Shown in pieces: positions 33,661 through 41,644 of a stretch of 41,644 nucleotides of DNA. Position numbers and translations under genes: made by a program. The notes beneath the pieces are model-generated. The model was not told where the DNA came from. It was given only the letters and a program-made list of their open reading frames with translations, and ran no database searches. Source of the stretch: Bacteroidota bacterium (GTDB lineage: Bacteria > Bacteroidota > Bacteroidia > NS11-12g > UBA955); the NCBI GenBank assembly GCA_009918425.1, contig RGEC01000001.1, positions 1 to 41,644 on the forward strand. The letters run 5' to 3'. Positions within the stretch are counted from its first letter, which is position 1; the number at the start of each line of letters is the position of its first letter.

Positions 33661-34782
33661 ATGCTTGCAGCGAATCCTTATCTGAAGCGGGCCTTGCTGT
33701 TTGCCTTCGGATTAAAGCTATTTTATCTCTTACTTGGTAATTTGCTTCCGAACGGATGGAATGGGTTTGAGCACATTTTTGATGTTTTTGCCCGAAATGA
33801 TTCGGGGTGGTATCACCTTATTGCGCGCGAGGGTTACCCAACGGGTGCGCCCACTCAAGGGCAACAGACACCGTTTGCTTTTTTCCCTTTGTATCCCGCT
33901 ATAATTGCTTTGTTTAGGCAGCCTTTACTGTTTTTCAGCGAAAACCCGGATCTGGTCTATGTTATGGCATCTTTCTTAGCACACTTATTTTTAACGTGTC
34001 TTTGGGTTGTGATGTTGTTCAAATGGCTGGAATCCACAGGTATGGAGTCCGGCAGGATTTTTATTTACAGCATTTTTTTTCAGGTTTTCCCCTATCATTT
34101 TTTTTATCATATGTTTTATGGAGAAGTGCTGTTTTCCAGTTTGTTTATGTGGGCAATGCTTTCTGTGGCCCGGAAAAAGCATATTTCACTGGCTGTATCG
34201 GTTGCGCTGCTTACGTTCTGCAGACCCACCGGTATTGTATTCTCTGCCGGGTTGGGTTTGTGGATTATTGCCGACAATGGCTGGTTTCGTATATTGAAAC
34301 AAAAAGAAAACAAAAAACAAATTATTGCCTTGCTGGCGTCACCGGCTGCTTTATGCCTATGGATGTTTTATTTGTATTTTCATTGCGGGGATGCCATGGT
34401 TTTCAGCAATACGCAAATGGCCTGGGGGCGCGGCTATACCTGGCCTTGGGAATCCTTTTTTGCCGGTGGATACCGTTATGAGGCGGTATTATCCATATAC
34501 GTCCTTTTATTGATTGCGGCTTCAGTATTGCTTTTCAGAAATGCCGGAATAGGCGAGAAACTATTTGTGGGACTGAACATAATTTTCCCGCTACTTACAG
34601 GAACTGTTGCCAGTTATTACCGCTATTTTTCTGTAATCCCACAGTTTTATGTTAGGTTATTCAATGCCATTGAGTCCCGGTGGAAATGGGTTGCAGCCGC
34701 TTGTATGCTGCTGAATATTGTACTTTATTATATTTGGGTTTCGGAATTGCATCCCAGCCCGGTGACATGGTTTACCTACTGA
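33661..34782 (+). CDS. Polytopic membrane protein, GT-C-type glycosyltransferase-like (PIG-V / mannosyltransferase-like)
   Basis: 373 aa with about 9-10 TM segments. The first loop motif ARNDSGWYHLIAREGYP ... PFAFFPLYPA resembles the D..WY..IA..GY / AFFPL(Y/F)P signature of PIG-V-like mannosyltransferases (from memory). Confidence 0.5.
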   Translation: MLAANPYLKRALLFAFGLKLFYLLLGNLLPNGWNGFEHIFDVFARNDSGWYHLIAREGYPTGAPTQGQQTPFAFFPLYPAIIALFRQPLLFFSENPDLVYVMASFLAHLFLTCLWVVMLFKWLESTGMESGRIFIYSIFFQVFPYHFFYHMFYGEVLFSSLFMWAMLSVARKKHISLAVSVALLTFCRPTGIVFSAGLGLWIIADNGWFRILKQKENKKQIIALLASPAALCLWMFYLYFHCGDAMVFSNTQMAWGRGYTWPWESFFAGGYRYEAVLSIYVLLLIAASVLLFRNAGIGEKLFVGLNIIFPLLTGTVASYYRYFSVIPQFYVRLFNAIESRWKWVAAACMLLNIVLYYIWVSELHPSPVTWFTY

Positions 34783-36675
34783 TTAAGCGGCAGCCGTTTC
34801 CTCAGTTTCCGCGGGCTCATCATCTTCATCTGTGATGTCTTTTTCAATAACCAGATTATCGATGATAAACTCTTGTCTTTCCGGGGTGTTTTTGCCCATG
34901 TAGTAACTCAGTACTTTTTCTATACTGCTGTCGGCACTGAGCACCACAGGCTCCAATCTAATGTCGGTACCGATGAATCTGGCAAATTCTTCGGGGGATA
35001 TTTCACCCAACCCTTTGAAGCGCGTGATTTCCGGTTTGCCTCCAAGTTTTTTAATGGCCCTTTGTCTTTCTTCATCGTTGTAGCAGTAAATTGTTTCTTT
35101 TTTGTTTCTTACCCTAAAAAGCGGAGTTTGCAGTATATACAAATGACGATTTCTCACAAGATCGGGGAAGAACTGCAGGAAGAAAGTCATCATCAGCAAG
35201 CGAATATGCATGCCATCCACATCGGCATCGGTAGCCAGCACAATTTTGTTGTAGCGGAGGTTATCTACGGTCTCTTCTATATCCAGTGCGTGCTGCAACA
35301 GGTTGAATTCTTCATTTTCATAAACTACTTTCTTTTTGAGGCCGTAACAATTTAGGGGTTTGCCCCTCAGGCTGAAAACAGCCTGCAGATCGGGGTTCCG
35401 GCTTTTGGTGATACTTCCGCTGGCGCTGTCACCTTCCGTGATGAACAGGGTGGTTTCAAAGCGTTTTTCGTTTTTTTCATCGGGCAGATGAACGCGGCAA
35501 TCACGGAGTTTTTTGTTATGTAAGTTTGCCCGTTTGGCGCGTTCCTTGGCCAGTTTTTGTACACCGGCCATGTCTTTGCGTTCGCGCTCGTTCTGCAGTA
35601 TTTTTTTGAGCAGTGCATCGGCAGTTGAGGGATTTTTATGCAGGTAATCGTCTACTTGTTTTTTAACAAATTCCAGAATGCCGGTTTTGATACTGGGGCC
35701 ATCCGGTCCCATATCGGTGCTGCCGAGTTTCGTTTTTGTCTGGCTTTCAAAAACGGGTTCCTGCACACGCACACTCACTGCGGCTGTGATAGATCCGCGT
35801 ATGTCTGAGGCATCAAATTCTTTCTTATAAAACTCGCGGATGGTTTTAACCATAGCCTCTCTGAAAGCCTGCAGGTGTGTGCCTCCTTGTGTGGTGTATT
35901 GTCCGTTTACAAATGAGTAGTAATCTTCACCGTAGCTGTCGGTATGGCTGAACGCAATTTCTACATCGGCACCTTTGGCGTGCACCACCGGATACAGCAT
36001 AGTCTCCGGATTTACTTTATGTTCCAGCAAATCCAGAAGTCCGCGCTTGCTGCTGTAATTCTCGCCGTTGTAGTTGATGGTGAGCCCTGCATTCAGATAG
36101 GTGTAGTTTTTTATTTGTTCGCGCAGGTAGTCATTAACAAACTTATAGTTTTTGAAAATACTGTCATCCGGTTCAAAAATGGTGAGTGTGCCGTTATTTT
36201 CTTTTGCATCAAATTCAGGAAGATCTTCTTTAAGTTCACCGCGGCAGAATTCTGCTTTTTTGCTGCGTCCATCACGGAAACTTTGTACGCAGAAATAATG
36301 GCTGAGTGCATTGACCGCCTTCGTTCCCACGCCATTCAGGCCCACAGATTTCTGGAAAGCGCGGCTGTCGTATTTACCACCGGTATTGATTTTGCTCACG
36401 CAGTCAATTACTTTTCCCAGCGGAATTCCTCGTCCGTAATCCCGCACGGTAACACGGTGTTCTTCCACTTTTATTTCAATTTTCTTACCGTTGCCCATTA
36501 CGTGCTCGTCAATAGAGTTGTCTAAGATTTCCTTTACCAGCACATAAATACCATCATCGGCGGCGGTTCCGTCGCCCAACTTACCTATATACATACCCGG
36601 ACGAAGGCGGATATGCTCTTTCCAGTCAAGACTTCGGATTTCGTCTTCGGTATACCTGGGTGTATTTTCTGTCAT
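34783..36675 (-). CDS. parE: DNA topoisomerase IV subunit B (type IIA topoisomerase ATPase subunit)
   Basis: 630 aa. [53 protein letters not shown], Toprim EGDSA(SGS), PLRGK-like [20 protein letters not shown]. The N-terminus and length fit the Bacteroidota ParE type rather than GyrB. Confidence 0.85.
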   Translation of the reverse strand: MTENTPRYTEDEIRSLDWKEHIRLRPGMYIGKLGDGTAADDGIYVLVKEILDNSIDEHVMGNGKKIEIKVEEHRVTVRDYGRGIPLGKVIDCVSKINTGGKYDSRAFQKSVGLNGVGTKAVNALSHYFCVQSFRDGRSKKAEFCRGELKEDLPEFDAKENNGTLTIFEPDDSIFKNYKFVNDYLREQIKNYTYLNAGLTINYNGENYSSKRGLLDLLEHKVNPETMLYPVVHAKGADVEIAFSHTDSYGEDYYSFVNGQYTTQGGTHLQAFREAMVKTIREFYKKEFDASDIRGSITAAVSVRVQEPVFESQTKTKLGSTDMGPDGPSIKTGILEFVKKQVDDYLHKNPSTADALLKKILQNERERKDMAGVQKLAKERAKRANLHNKKLRDCRVHLPDEKNEKRFETTLFITEGDSASGSITKSRNPDLQAVFSLRGKPLNCYGLKKKVVYENEEFNLLQHALDIEETVDNLRYNKIVLATDADVDGMHIRLLMMTFFLQFFPDLVRNRHLYILQTPLFRVRNKKETIYCYNDEERQRAIKKLGGKPEITRFKGLGEISPEEFARFIGTDIRLEPVVLSADSSIEKVLSYYMGKNTPERQEFIIDNLVIEKDITDEDDEPAETEETAAA

Positions 36676-36733
36676 AATTGCAATATTATAATTTGATTTG
36701 CCTTCGCTCCACCATAGTTGTTCACAGTCTTAC

Positions 36734-36741
36734 TAAATTTG
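36734..36741 (+). promoter_or_regulatory. -7 promoter box TAAATTTG
   Basis: Perfect TAnnTTTG, ending 3 nt before the ATG at 36745. Confidence 0.5.
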
Positions 36742-36744
36742 CAC

Positions 36745-37260
36745 ATGCGTTTTTCAATTTTATGTGTGTTTTCGGTATTGTTCATTTCATGTCAGACCGA
36801 AATTGACAAGAAGCTTTCGGTAATTCAGCCTTATTTATCACAGGTGCAGGACTCCATGAAGGTAAACCGTATACCTGATACCATGGCATTGCATTTTCAG
36901 CAGTTTGCAGCGCAGTTTCCGCAACATAAGGCCAGTGAAAAATTGCTATACGCTGCCACGCTGTTGGCAGAGCGTAGCGGACGGTATTTTGAGTGCGGAA
37001 AATGGTGTGAAATGTATGTTGCACATTACCCTAAGGGGCAGTATCTGTTTCCCGCCATGGTGGCAGCAGCGCATAATTATGAAAAAATCGGGCAGTTCGA
37101 CAAGGCCATCATTTACTACGATAAAGCGGCATTGCAGGACCCAAATTCTACGCTTGGCAAACAATGTGCTCAGACATCAGCCATGCTAAAAAAGGGTTTG
37201 ATTACTCCGGAACAGCAGCTGGATTATATTTTGCAGAACAGTAAGGATACTGCTAAGTAA
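36745..37260 (+). CDS. TPR-like helical lipoprotein, function unknown
   Basis: Track ORF (TTG 36718) trimmed to ATG 36745 (MRFSILCVFSVLFISCQ, lipobox Cys). The helical repeat-like segment KWCEMYVAHYPKGQYLFPAMVAAAHNYEKIGQFDKAIIYYDKA is TPR/BamD-like. Confidence 0.5.
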   Translation: MRFSILCVFSVLFISCQTEIDKKLSVIQPYLSQVQDSMKVNRIPDTMALHFQQFAAQFPQHKASEKLLYAATLLAERSGRYFECGKWCEMYVAHYPKGQYLFPAMVAAAHNYEKIGQFDKAIIYYDKAALQDPNSTLGKQCAQTSAMLKKGLITPEQQLDYILQNSKDTAK

Positions 37261-37929
37261 TTATTTTTTCTTTTTCTTCTTAAAATCACCACGTTTCCAG
37301 GCATCAAGGAATTGCATCCATGCCATAGGGCTTAGGTAATTTTGGGGTGGAGCCTGTTTGTAGTAATATAGTTGCTGAACCCGACTTTGGGCAATCATTT
37401 GCTGACTTGCCTTCGCATCTGCCGGGCGCATTTTCATCTCTTCCTTGGCGGCTTCAAGCTCCAGGTTTTTACGGGCGATTTCATAGGCATCGTCCGGTGG
37501 CGTGGTGTTCACGAATTCATGGTCGAAAAAAGACTTTGACGGCAGTGCACGAATAAAAATTACCGGTATATCAATGGTGTCCTGCACCATGGTTTTGATG
37601 ATATTGTAACGATTTGAAGTTAGTGTGTCAGGAATAACATGCCATGAGGCAGTTTTTTCAGCTTGTGTAAACCATAAGGTATCGCCTTTTAGGGCAACTA
37701 TGCCAAAGTGCCCCAACAGGTCTGTGTATCCGGCAAGTCCTCGGCGGCTGTTTTTTATGGCAACGTAGGGAATGGGTTTGAGACTATCTGAAGTAAGCAC
37801 TAAGCCTGTGAAAAGGATATAGGGGTTCAGGTTTCTTTGTGCCCTGACATTATGCGGAACAGCAAATAAAAGACAAAATAATCCGAGGGCTACAAATCTG
37901 AACATTGTATTATTTCTCAATATACGCAT
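37261..37929 (-). CDS. Secreted hypothetical protein with carboxypeptidase-regulatory-like N-terminal domain and poly-Lys tail
   Basis: 222 aa. Signal peptide ending VRAQ. FTGLVLTSDSLKPIPYVAIKNSRRGLAGYTDLLGHFGIVALKGDTLWF resembles a CarboxypepD_reg-like beta-sandwich. C-terminus KRGDFKKKKKK. Confidence 0.45.
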   Translation of the reverse strand: MRILRNNTMFRFVALGLFCLLFAVPHNVRAQRNLNPYILFTGLVLTSDSLKPIPYVAIKNSRRGLAGYTDLLGHFGIVALKGDTLWFTQAEKTASWHVIPDTLTSNRYNIIKTMVQDTIDIPVIFIRALPSKSFFDHEFVNTTPPDDAYEIARKNLELEAAKEEMKMRPADAKASQQMIAQSRVQQLYYYKQAPPQNYLSPMAWMQFLDAWKRGDFKKKKKK

Positions 37930-37949
37930 TTTGCTTCACATTTCCAAAT

Positions 37950-39072
37950 TTACCAGCCGTTTACTGTCCAGATTATACCGGCAATGACCGTGCCAAGCAC
38001 AATCAGGGGGGGTGATATTTTTTGAGTAAAGATGAGAATGCCGGCGATTATAAATATGCCGATTTCTGAAGCATCGGTTTTGAAGTCAGCGATTCCGCTC
38101 CAGAAATGCTGATTGATGATAAGTGCTGCTGAAAGGATAACCAATAATACAGCCCAGCAACTGACCATCGAATCCAAAACCCGAAGTGCGCATTGCAATG
38201 CCATTGAGGTAAACTGCAAGGTTGAAATTGGGGCCGGGCATGCCCTGTATTAGTCCCAGTCCTGTGTTCAGCTGTTCAATGGTCATGTAGGGTTTGTGGT
38301 ACACATAATGCTCCATAGCCATGGCGCTAAGGATATTGCCTCCGCCAAAAGAAAGCGCACCCATGCGATAGGTGTTTTCAAACAATACAATTGGCTTGCT
38401 GAGACCAAGCGTATCCTGATTAGCACTCAGGATCATGCCAAGGCCGCCAATGAGCAGAAATATGAGCAATAGCAAACTTAGGTTTGCCCAGCGGACTTTC
38501 CCAAATGGCTGGGGATTGGGAGTGAACTGTCTGTTGCCGAAATTGCTACTGATAATGCCGCCCAGAAGCACGCCAAAAGGGAAAATAAGTGGATTGCGGA
38601 ATATAAAACCGGCCATACCTGCCAAAAGAAATATGAGGTAATTGATATTATCCTTTCGTATTAGCCGAAACATGCTGAATACAGCATAACAAAGAAATGC
38701 GGCAACCATAGGTTCCAGAAAGCGGAGATGTCCCTTACTGAGGAAAATGGGAGACAAGGTAAAGATGGCCATAATGACTGCGCCGGGTAAAACCCACGCA
38801 AGCAAGGTGAGAAATGCCAGTCCGGGCCCTCCCAGTTTAAATCCAACAGCCGTAATGGTTTGGGTGGTGCTGGGGCCTGGAAGAATGCTACAAAACGCAT
38901 TGATATCAATAAGATCTTCCTGCGTGATAAATTTTTTATTTTCCACCAGCCTTTTGCTAAACAATGGCAGGTGCATCTGTGGGCCACCGAATGCCGAACA
39001 GCCCAGCCAGAAAGCCGATTTAAGAAATTGCCACTGCCGGAGTTTCCCTATTTTTGCACTGCTATGTGGCAT
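37950..39072 (-). pseudogene. chrA: Chromate transporter ChrA (two-CHR-domain long form) interrupted by a frameshift near its 3' end
   Basis: The 328-aa ORF 38086..39072 carries both CHR repeats (FLKSAFWLGCSAFGGPQMHLP ... LPGPSTTQ; RMGALSFGGGNILSAMAM ... MPGPNFNL). The missing last TM segments (AVLLVILSAALIINQHFW ... IAGILIF ... VLGTVIAGIIW) are in the overlapping 89-aa ORF 37950..38219 in another frame. The total span of 1123 nt is not a multiple of 3. Confidence 0.7.
39049..39056 (+). promoter_or_regulatory. -7 promoter box TATTTTTG
   Basis: Perfect TAnnTTTG, ending 7 nt before the ATG at 39064. It lies inside the first codons of the divergent chrA. Confidence 0.4.
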
Positions 39073-39642
39073 ATCAAAAACAAAACAACGAAAATATGGG
39101 TAAATATGGCAGTTTTTATACCTGTTTTCATATTTCTGACAGCCTGTGGAGGCAATAATATTTCTGAAAACAGGGCTGAATGCATTGTTAGTACAGATTC
39201 GCTACAACTTTCCATGCAGCAGATAAGGGGCAGGTTTGGATATAAAATCAATGAAATTGATGAGCGGCGTCATGCAATGGATAGTGTTTTGCAATGGTTA
39301 AAATTTGCCGACGAGAATAAAGTTTCGGCTGAAATGCGCACCCAGATTCTTCAATACAATTCTGTCTACCGCATTTATAAAGATTTTGCCCCAAAATACA
39401 AGCAAAATGTGCTTAAAGCAGAGGAGTTATTTTACGAGATTAAAGCCCTTGATAAGCAGGTTAAAGCAGGTGATTTTGACAATAATTTAACGGCTTTTGG
39501 GAAAGAATACCGTAAAATCAGGGAAGAGCTCACAGTGTTAAGTTCAGATTTAGATGAGACACTTGGCAGGTTAAATGCCGTGGAACCTACCTACAGACGC
39601 ATTGCCGGCCCGGTAGAGGATTTTGCCGAAACCGTGCATTAA
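39064..39642 (+). CDS. Helical/coiled-coil lipoprotein, function unknown
   Basis: Track ORF 38860 trimmed. ATG 39064 gives MWHIKNKTTKIWVNMAVFIPVFIFLTACGG, with a basic n-region, an h-region and a lipobox Cys, and it has a -7 box 7 nt upstream. An alternative start is ATG 39106. Confidence 0.5.
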   Translation: MWHIKNKTTKIWVNMAVFIPVFIFLTACGGNNISENRAECIVSTDSLQLSMQQIRGRFGYKINEIDERRHAMDSVLQWLKFADENKVSAEMRTQILQYNSVYRIYKDFAPKYKQNVLKAEELFYEIKALDKQVKAGDFDNNLTAFGKEYRKIREELTVLSSDLDETLGRLNAVEPTYRRIAGPVEDFAETVH

Positions 39643-40622
39643 GCCCATTGCGCAGGCCAGTGTGTTTTGGACGGATATTTAGACCTTAATTGTCTGCCCA
39701 CTTCTTCGCATCGCAATTTCCAGTTGTCAATATCAATTTGGTTTTCAGACATTACTCGGTGGTTTTTCATTCGAAGCCAGTTTCGGGCATCCTCAATATA
39801 TTGATGGCTTTCCTGTGTAAAACAGTTTTCACAAAATCGATTGAAAATATATTCTGTTGCCCAGGGAGTAGGGTGGGCCAGGTCTTCGGTATAGAAACGA
39901 TGATCGCGCAATTCCTCGGTTAGTATTTCGTAAGAAGGGAAATACAGGATTTCGGGGTGCTCTGCTCTTAGGGTAGCAAGGGCGCTGATTAGCCTACTTT
40001 TACTGATAACATTTTCCTGTATTCCATCACGCAGGTGTTTTACAGGACTGATGGTAAATAGGATTTTTATATTGGGATTAATCAACCGAAAATGGTAGAT
40101 ACAGTCTTTGTAAGCTTTTATAATTTCTGTTTCTGTCAATATCCGTGTGGTGAATTCATGGTTAGGAATTTTATGGCAATTCCCAACGATCATTTCAATC
40201 CGGTTCATTTGCCATACTTTGGCTGTGCCGGGAGTGATGACGGCAATATCAGCATTGCTCAGGAATTCGAGTGTCATTTCGATTTCCCTGTTAATACGGG
40301 AGGCAAGTGTTTCAGCATCTTTATGTTTGTAACTGCCATGATGATGCATGCTGTGAAACTCACCGGAATGATAGGTGAAATCATGCGCGCTGTAGCGGTA
40401 TTCGGTGGCGATTTTTTCAATACAAAGGGCAATACTGTGGGGGTTAAATAATATGCCAAACGGATTGTTAAGGCAGGCAAAACCGGCGTTTTGAAAGTAG
40501 TTGTATATGTTTTCAGAAAAACAGGAACCGACAAAAAACAGTTGTGAGTTGATATTTGCAATGGTATTGGGTTCAATAAAAAAATGGGTGTTTAGCCTGT
40601 TTTTTAATATTTCGGAAGACAT
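39639..40622 (-). CDS. GSCFA-domain protein (SGNH-hydrolase-like, function unknown)
   Basis: 327 aa. The eponymous motif FFVGSCFSENI is near the N-terminus, and size and architecture are typical of the GSCFA family. Confidence 0.8.
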   Translation of the reverse strand: MSSEILKNRLNTHFFIEPNTIANINSQLFFVGSCFSENIYNYFQNAGFACLNNPFGILFNPHSIALCIEKIATEYRYSAHDFTYHSGEFHSMHHHGSYKHKDAETLASRINREIEMTLEFLSNADIAVITPGTAKVWQMNRIEMIVGNCHKIPNHEFTTRILTETEIIKAYKDCIYHFRLINPNIKILFTISPVKHLRDGIQENVISKSRLISALATLRAEHPEILYFPSYEILTEELRDHRFYTEDLAHPTPWATEYIFNRFCENCFTQESHQYIEDARNWLRMKNHRVMSENQIDIDNWKLRCEEVGRQLRSKYPSKTHWPAQWA

Positions 40623-40657
40623 GCCTGCAAATTAAGCAATAAGGCACTTTATCAGAA

Positions 40658-40665
40658 TATATTTG
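40658..40665 (+). promoter_or_regulatory. -7 promoter box TATATTTG
   Basis: Perfect TAnnTTTG, ending 4 nt before the ATG at 40670. Confidence 0.5.
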
Positions 40666-40669
40666 CCGC

Positions 40670-41011
40670 ATGGAAATCGATTTGAGAAAAAAAGAAAACC
40701 TGCATGTTGTTTTTTGGCTAATAAAAGATTTTGCCTGGCTTGCGGGATTTAAATGGTTAGGTATGGGCATGGCAGTGCCAACTGTGTTGTTGTCGTATTG
40801 GCTCACTTACAGGAGCCGCGCAATCAGAACCGATTTTTTTCATAATCTGGCCGTTTCATTCTGGATAACCGGAAATTCCATGTGGATGGTAGGGGAGTTT
40901 TATTTTGATGATAAAATAAGACACCTGGTTATCCCTGTTTTTATTTTTGGATTGGCGGTTATAGGTTATTTTTATCTGACAGAATATTTACATAAAAAAA
41001 ATCCCGGATAA
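40670..41011 (+). CDS. Small 4-TM membrane protein, function unknown
   Basis: 113 aa with about four hydrophobic helices (VVFWLIKDFAWLAGF, MAVPTVLLSYWL, LAVSFWITGNSMWMV, VIPVFIFGLAVIGYFYL). It has its own promoter box and terminator. Confidence 0.5.
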   Translation: MEIDLRKKENLHVVFWLIKDFAWLAGFKWLGMGMAVPTVLLSYWLTYRSRAIRTDFFHNLAVSFWITGNSMWMVGEFYFDDKIRHLVIPVFIFGLAVIGYFYLTEYLHKKNPG

Positions 41012-41023
41012 CCGGGATTTTTC
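40994..41023. terminator. Bidirectional rho-independent terminator
   Basis: AAAAAAATCCCGG-ataa-CCGGGATTTTT overlaps the TAA stop at 41009-41011, between convergent genes. Confidence 0.75.
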
Positions 41024-41040
41024 AGGTAACACATTACAGA

Positions 41041-41643
41041 TTAGCGGTGGCACTCATAAAACAGTTGCCACTGCTTTTCGGTAAGGATGGATTTTAGTTC
41101 GCGTAAGAATAGATTGTAGCAGTCCTTGAGCGCTTTTTTCTCTTTTTCATGAAGTTTTTCTACAGCCTCCTTAAAATTTAATTTTTCTTTTTCAACAGCA
41201 ATCTCATATTGTTTTTTAGACAAGTATCCGTTGAGAAAACTTCTTTTAAGTCGGTTTAGTCTTTTCTCATGTTCGGCCAATAATCTATTATAAGCTTCTC
41301 TGGTCCGTTTTATAACCGATGCTTTGCAATCTTCGTATTTTTCCAGCGCTCTTTTTATTCGAATTCGCTGGTCATCCTTTAATTCAATCTTACGTAAGCA
41401 GTCGACAAAGGATTCGTCTTTGTCTGAAGTAATCGCGTTAATGTTGACCGGAGCCTCATCGAAGTCGGCTGCTATGACGGTAAAATCCGGTGACAGACCT
41501 TCATTTTCCATGGAAAGTATGCCATCTTCAAATTTAATCTCAGCCTGATCAATAAAGCGATCCGTTTTTGATAAAAGATACTGTATGTGTTCATCGGAAT
41601 TGGATTCAGGAACAAAAGCATCTGTTTTTTTACAGTTCACCAT
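41041..41643 (-). CDS. Coiled-coil periplasmic protein with C-terminal LTxxQ motif (Spy/CpxP-like); N-terminus probably outside the window
   Basis: 200 aa as given. It begins MVNCKK at the window edge, so a signal peptide/lipobox may lie upstream. The helical region is Lys/Glu-rich and ends in LTEKQWQLFYECHR (LTxxQ motif). Confidence 0.4.
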   Translation of the reverse strand: MVNCKKTDAFVPESNSDEHIQYLLSKTDRFIDQAEIKFEDGILSMENEGLSPDFTVIAADFDEAPVNINAITSDKDESFVDCLRKIELKDDQRIRIKRALEKYEDCKASVIKRTREAYNRLLAEHEKRLNRLKRSFLNGYLSKKQYEIAVEKEKLNFKEAVEKLHEKEKKALKDCYNLFLRELKSILTEKQWQLFYECHR

Positions 41644-41644
41644 G

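Noticed and set aside
38860-39063. The 5' extension of the 260-aa ORF (38860..39642) running antisense through chrA.
   Set aside because: The extension overlaps chrA coding sequence and has no signal-peptide logic. The lipoprotein signal begins only after 39064, where a -7 box supports the start.
1-41644. A scan for tRNA/rRNA/tmRNA hallmarks (GGTTCGAATCC-type T-loops), CRISPR repeats, IS inverted repeats, integrase/transposase/reverse-transcriptase ORFs, and defence-system ATPase/nuclease gene pairs.
   Set aside because: None was recognised by eye in any frame or intergenic gap. The largest non-coding gaps (3921-4159, 8587-8797, 31146-31389) are AT-rich promoter regions. A covariance-model scan (Infernal/Rfam, tRNAscan-SE) would be needed to exclude small ncRNAs.

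Overview
This is a chromosomal segment of a Bacteroidota genome; the class cannot be assigned from this window. The evidence for the phylum is T9SS type-A and type-B C-terminal sorting domains, a 287-aa primary sigma factor, TAnnTTTG -7 promoter boxes directly in front of many start codons, and no Shine-Dalgarno signal. There are about 40 densely packed protein genes. By eye I found no rRNA, tRNA, CRISPR array, transposase, integrase, reverse transcriptase, or recognisable defence or toxin-antitoxin gene. Most of the window is housekeeping: ECF sigma/anti-sigma, enoyl-CoA hydratase, adk, mnmA, rpoD, feoAB, M1 aminopeptidase, aroE, dedA, ahcY and parE. The clearly accessory part is 4.1-13.2 kb. 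It holds a Wzx-type flippase, then pseB-pseC-pseF, a 211-bp AT-rich gap, pseI, and a short DUF115/Maf-like putative nonulosonic-acid transferase. This abuts an AT-rich 843-aa T9SS type-B adhesin. A second, 1499-aa PKD-repeat type-B adhesin lies at 19.4-23.9 kb. The best candidate for something undescribed is this minimal pseudaminic-acid decoration cassette. It lacks pseG/pseH and any other glycosyltransferase, and its neighbouring T9SS cargo carries Bacteroidota O-glycosylation sequons at a fixed position in most repeats. Other points are a near-leaderless promoter architecture, an unannotated 40-aa basic lipoprotein gene, a frameshifted chrA, and a Uma2 nuclease with an N-terminal extension. 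I did not find a convincing novel multi-gene system beyond this. All calls come from reading the sequence and ORF translations against remembered family motifs. No searches were run, and motif coordinates were counted by hand.
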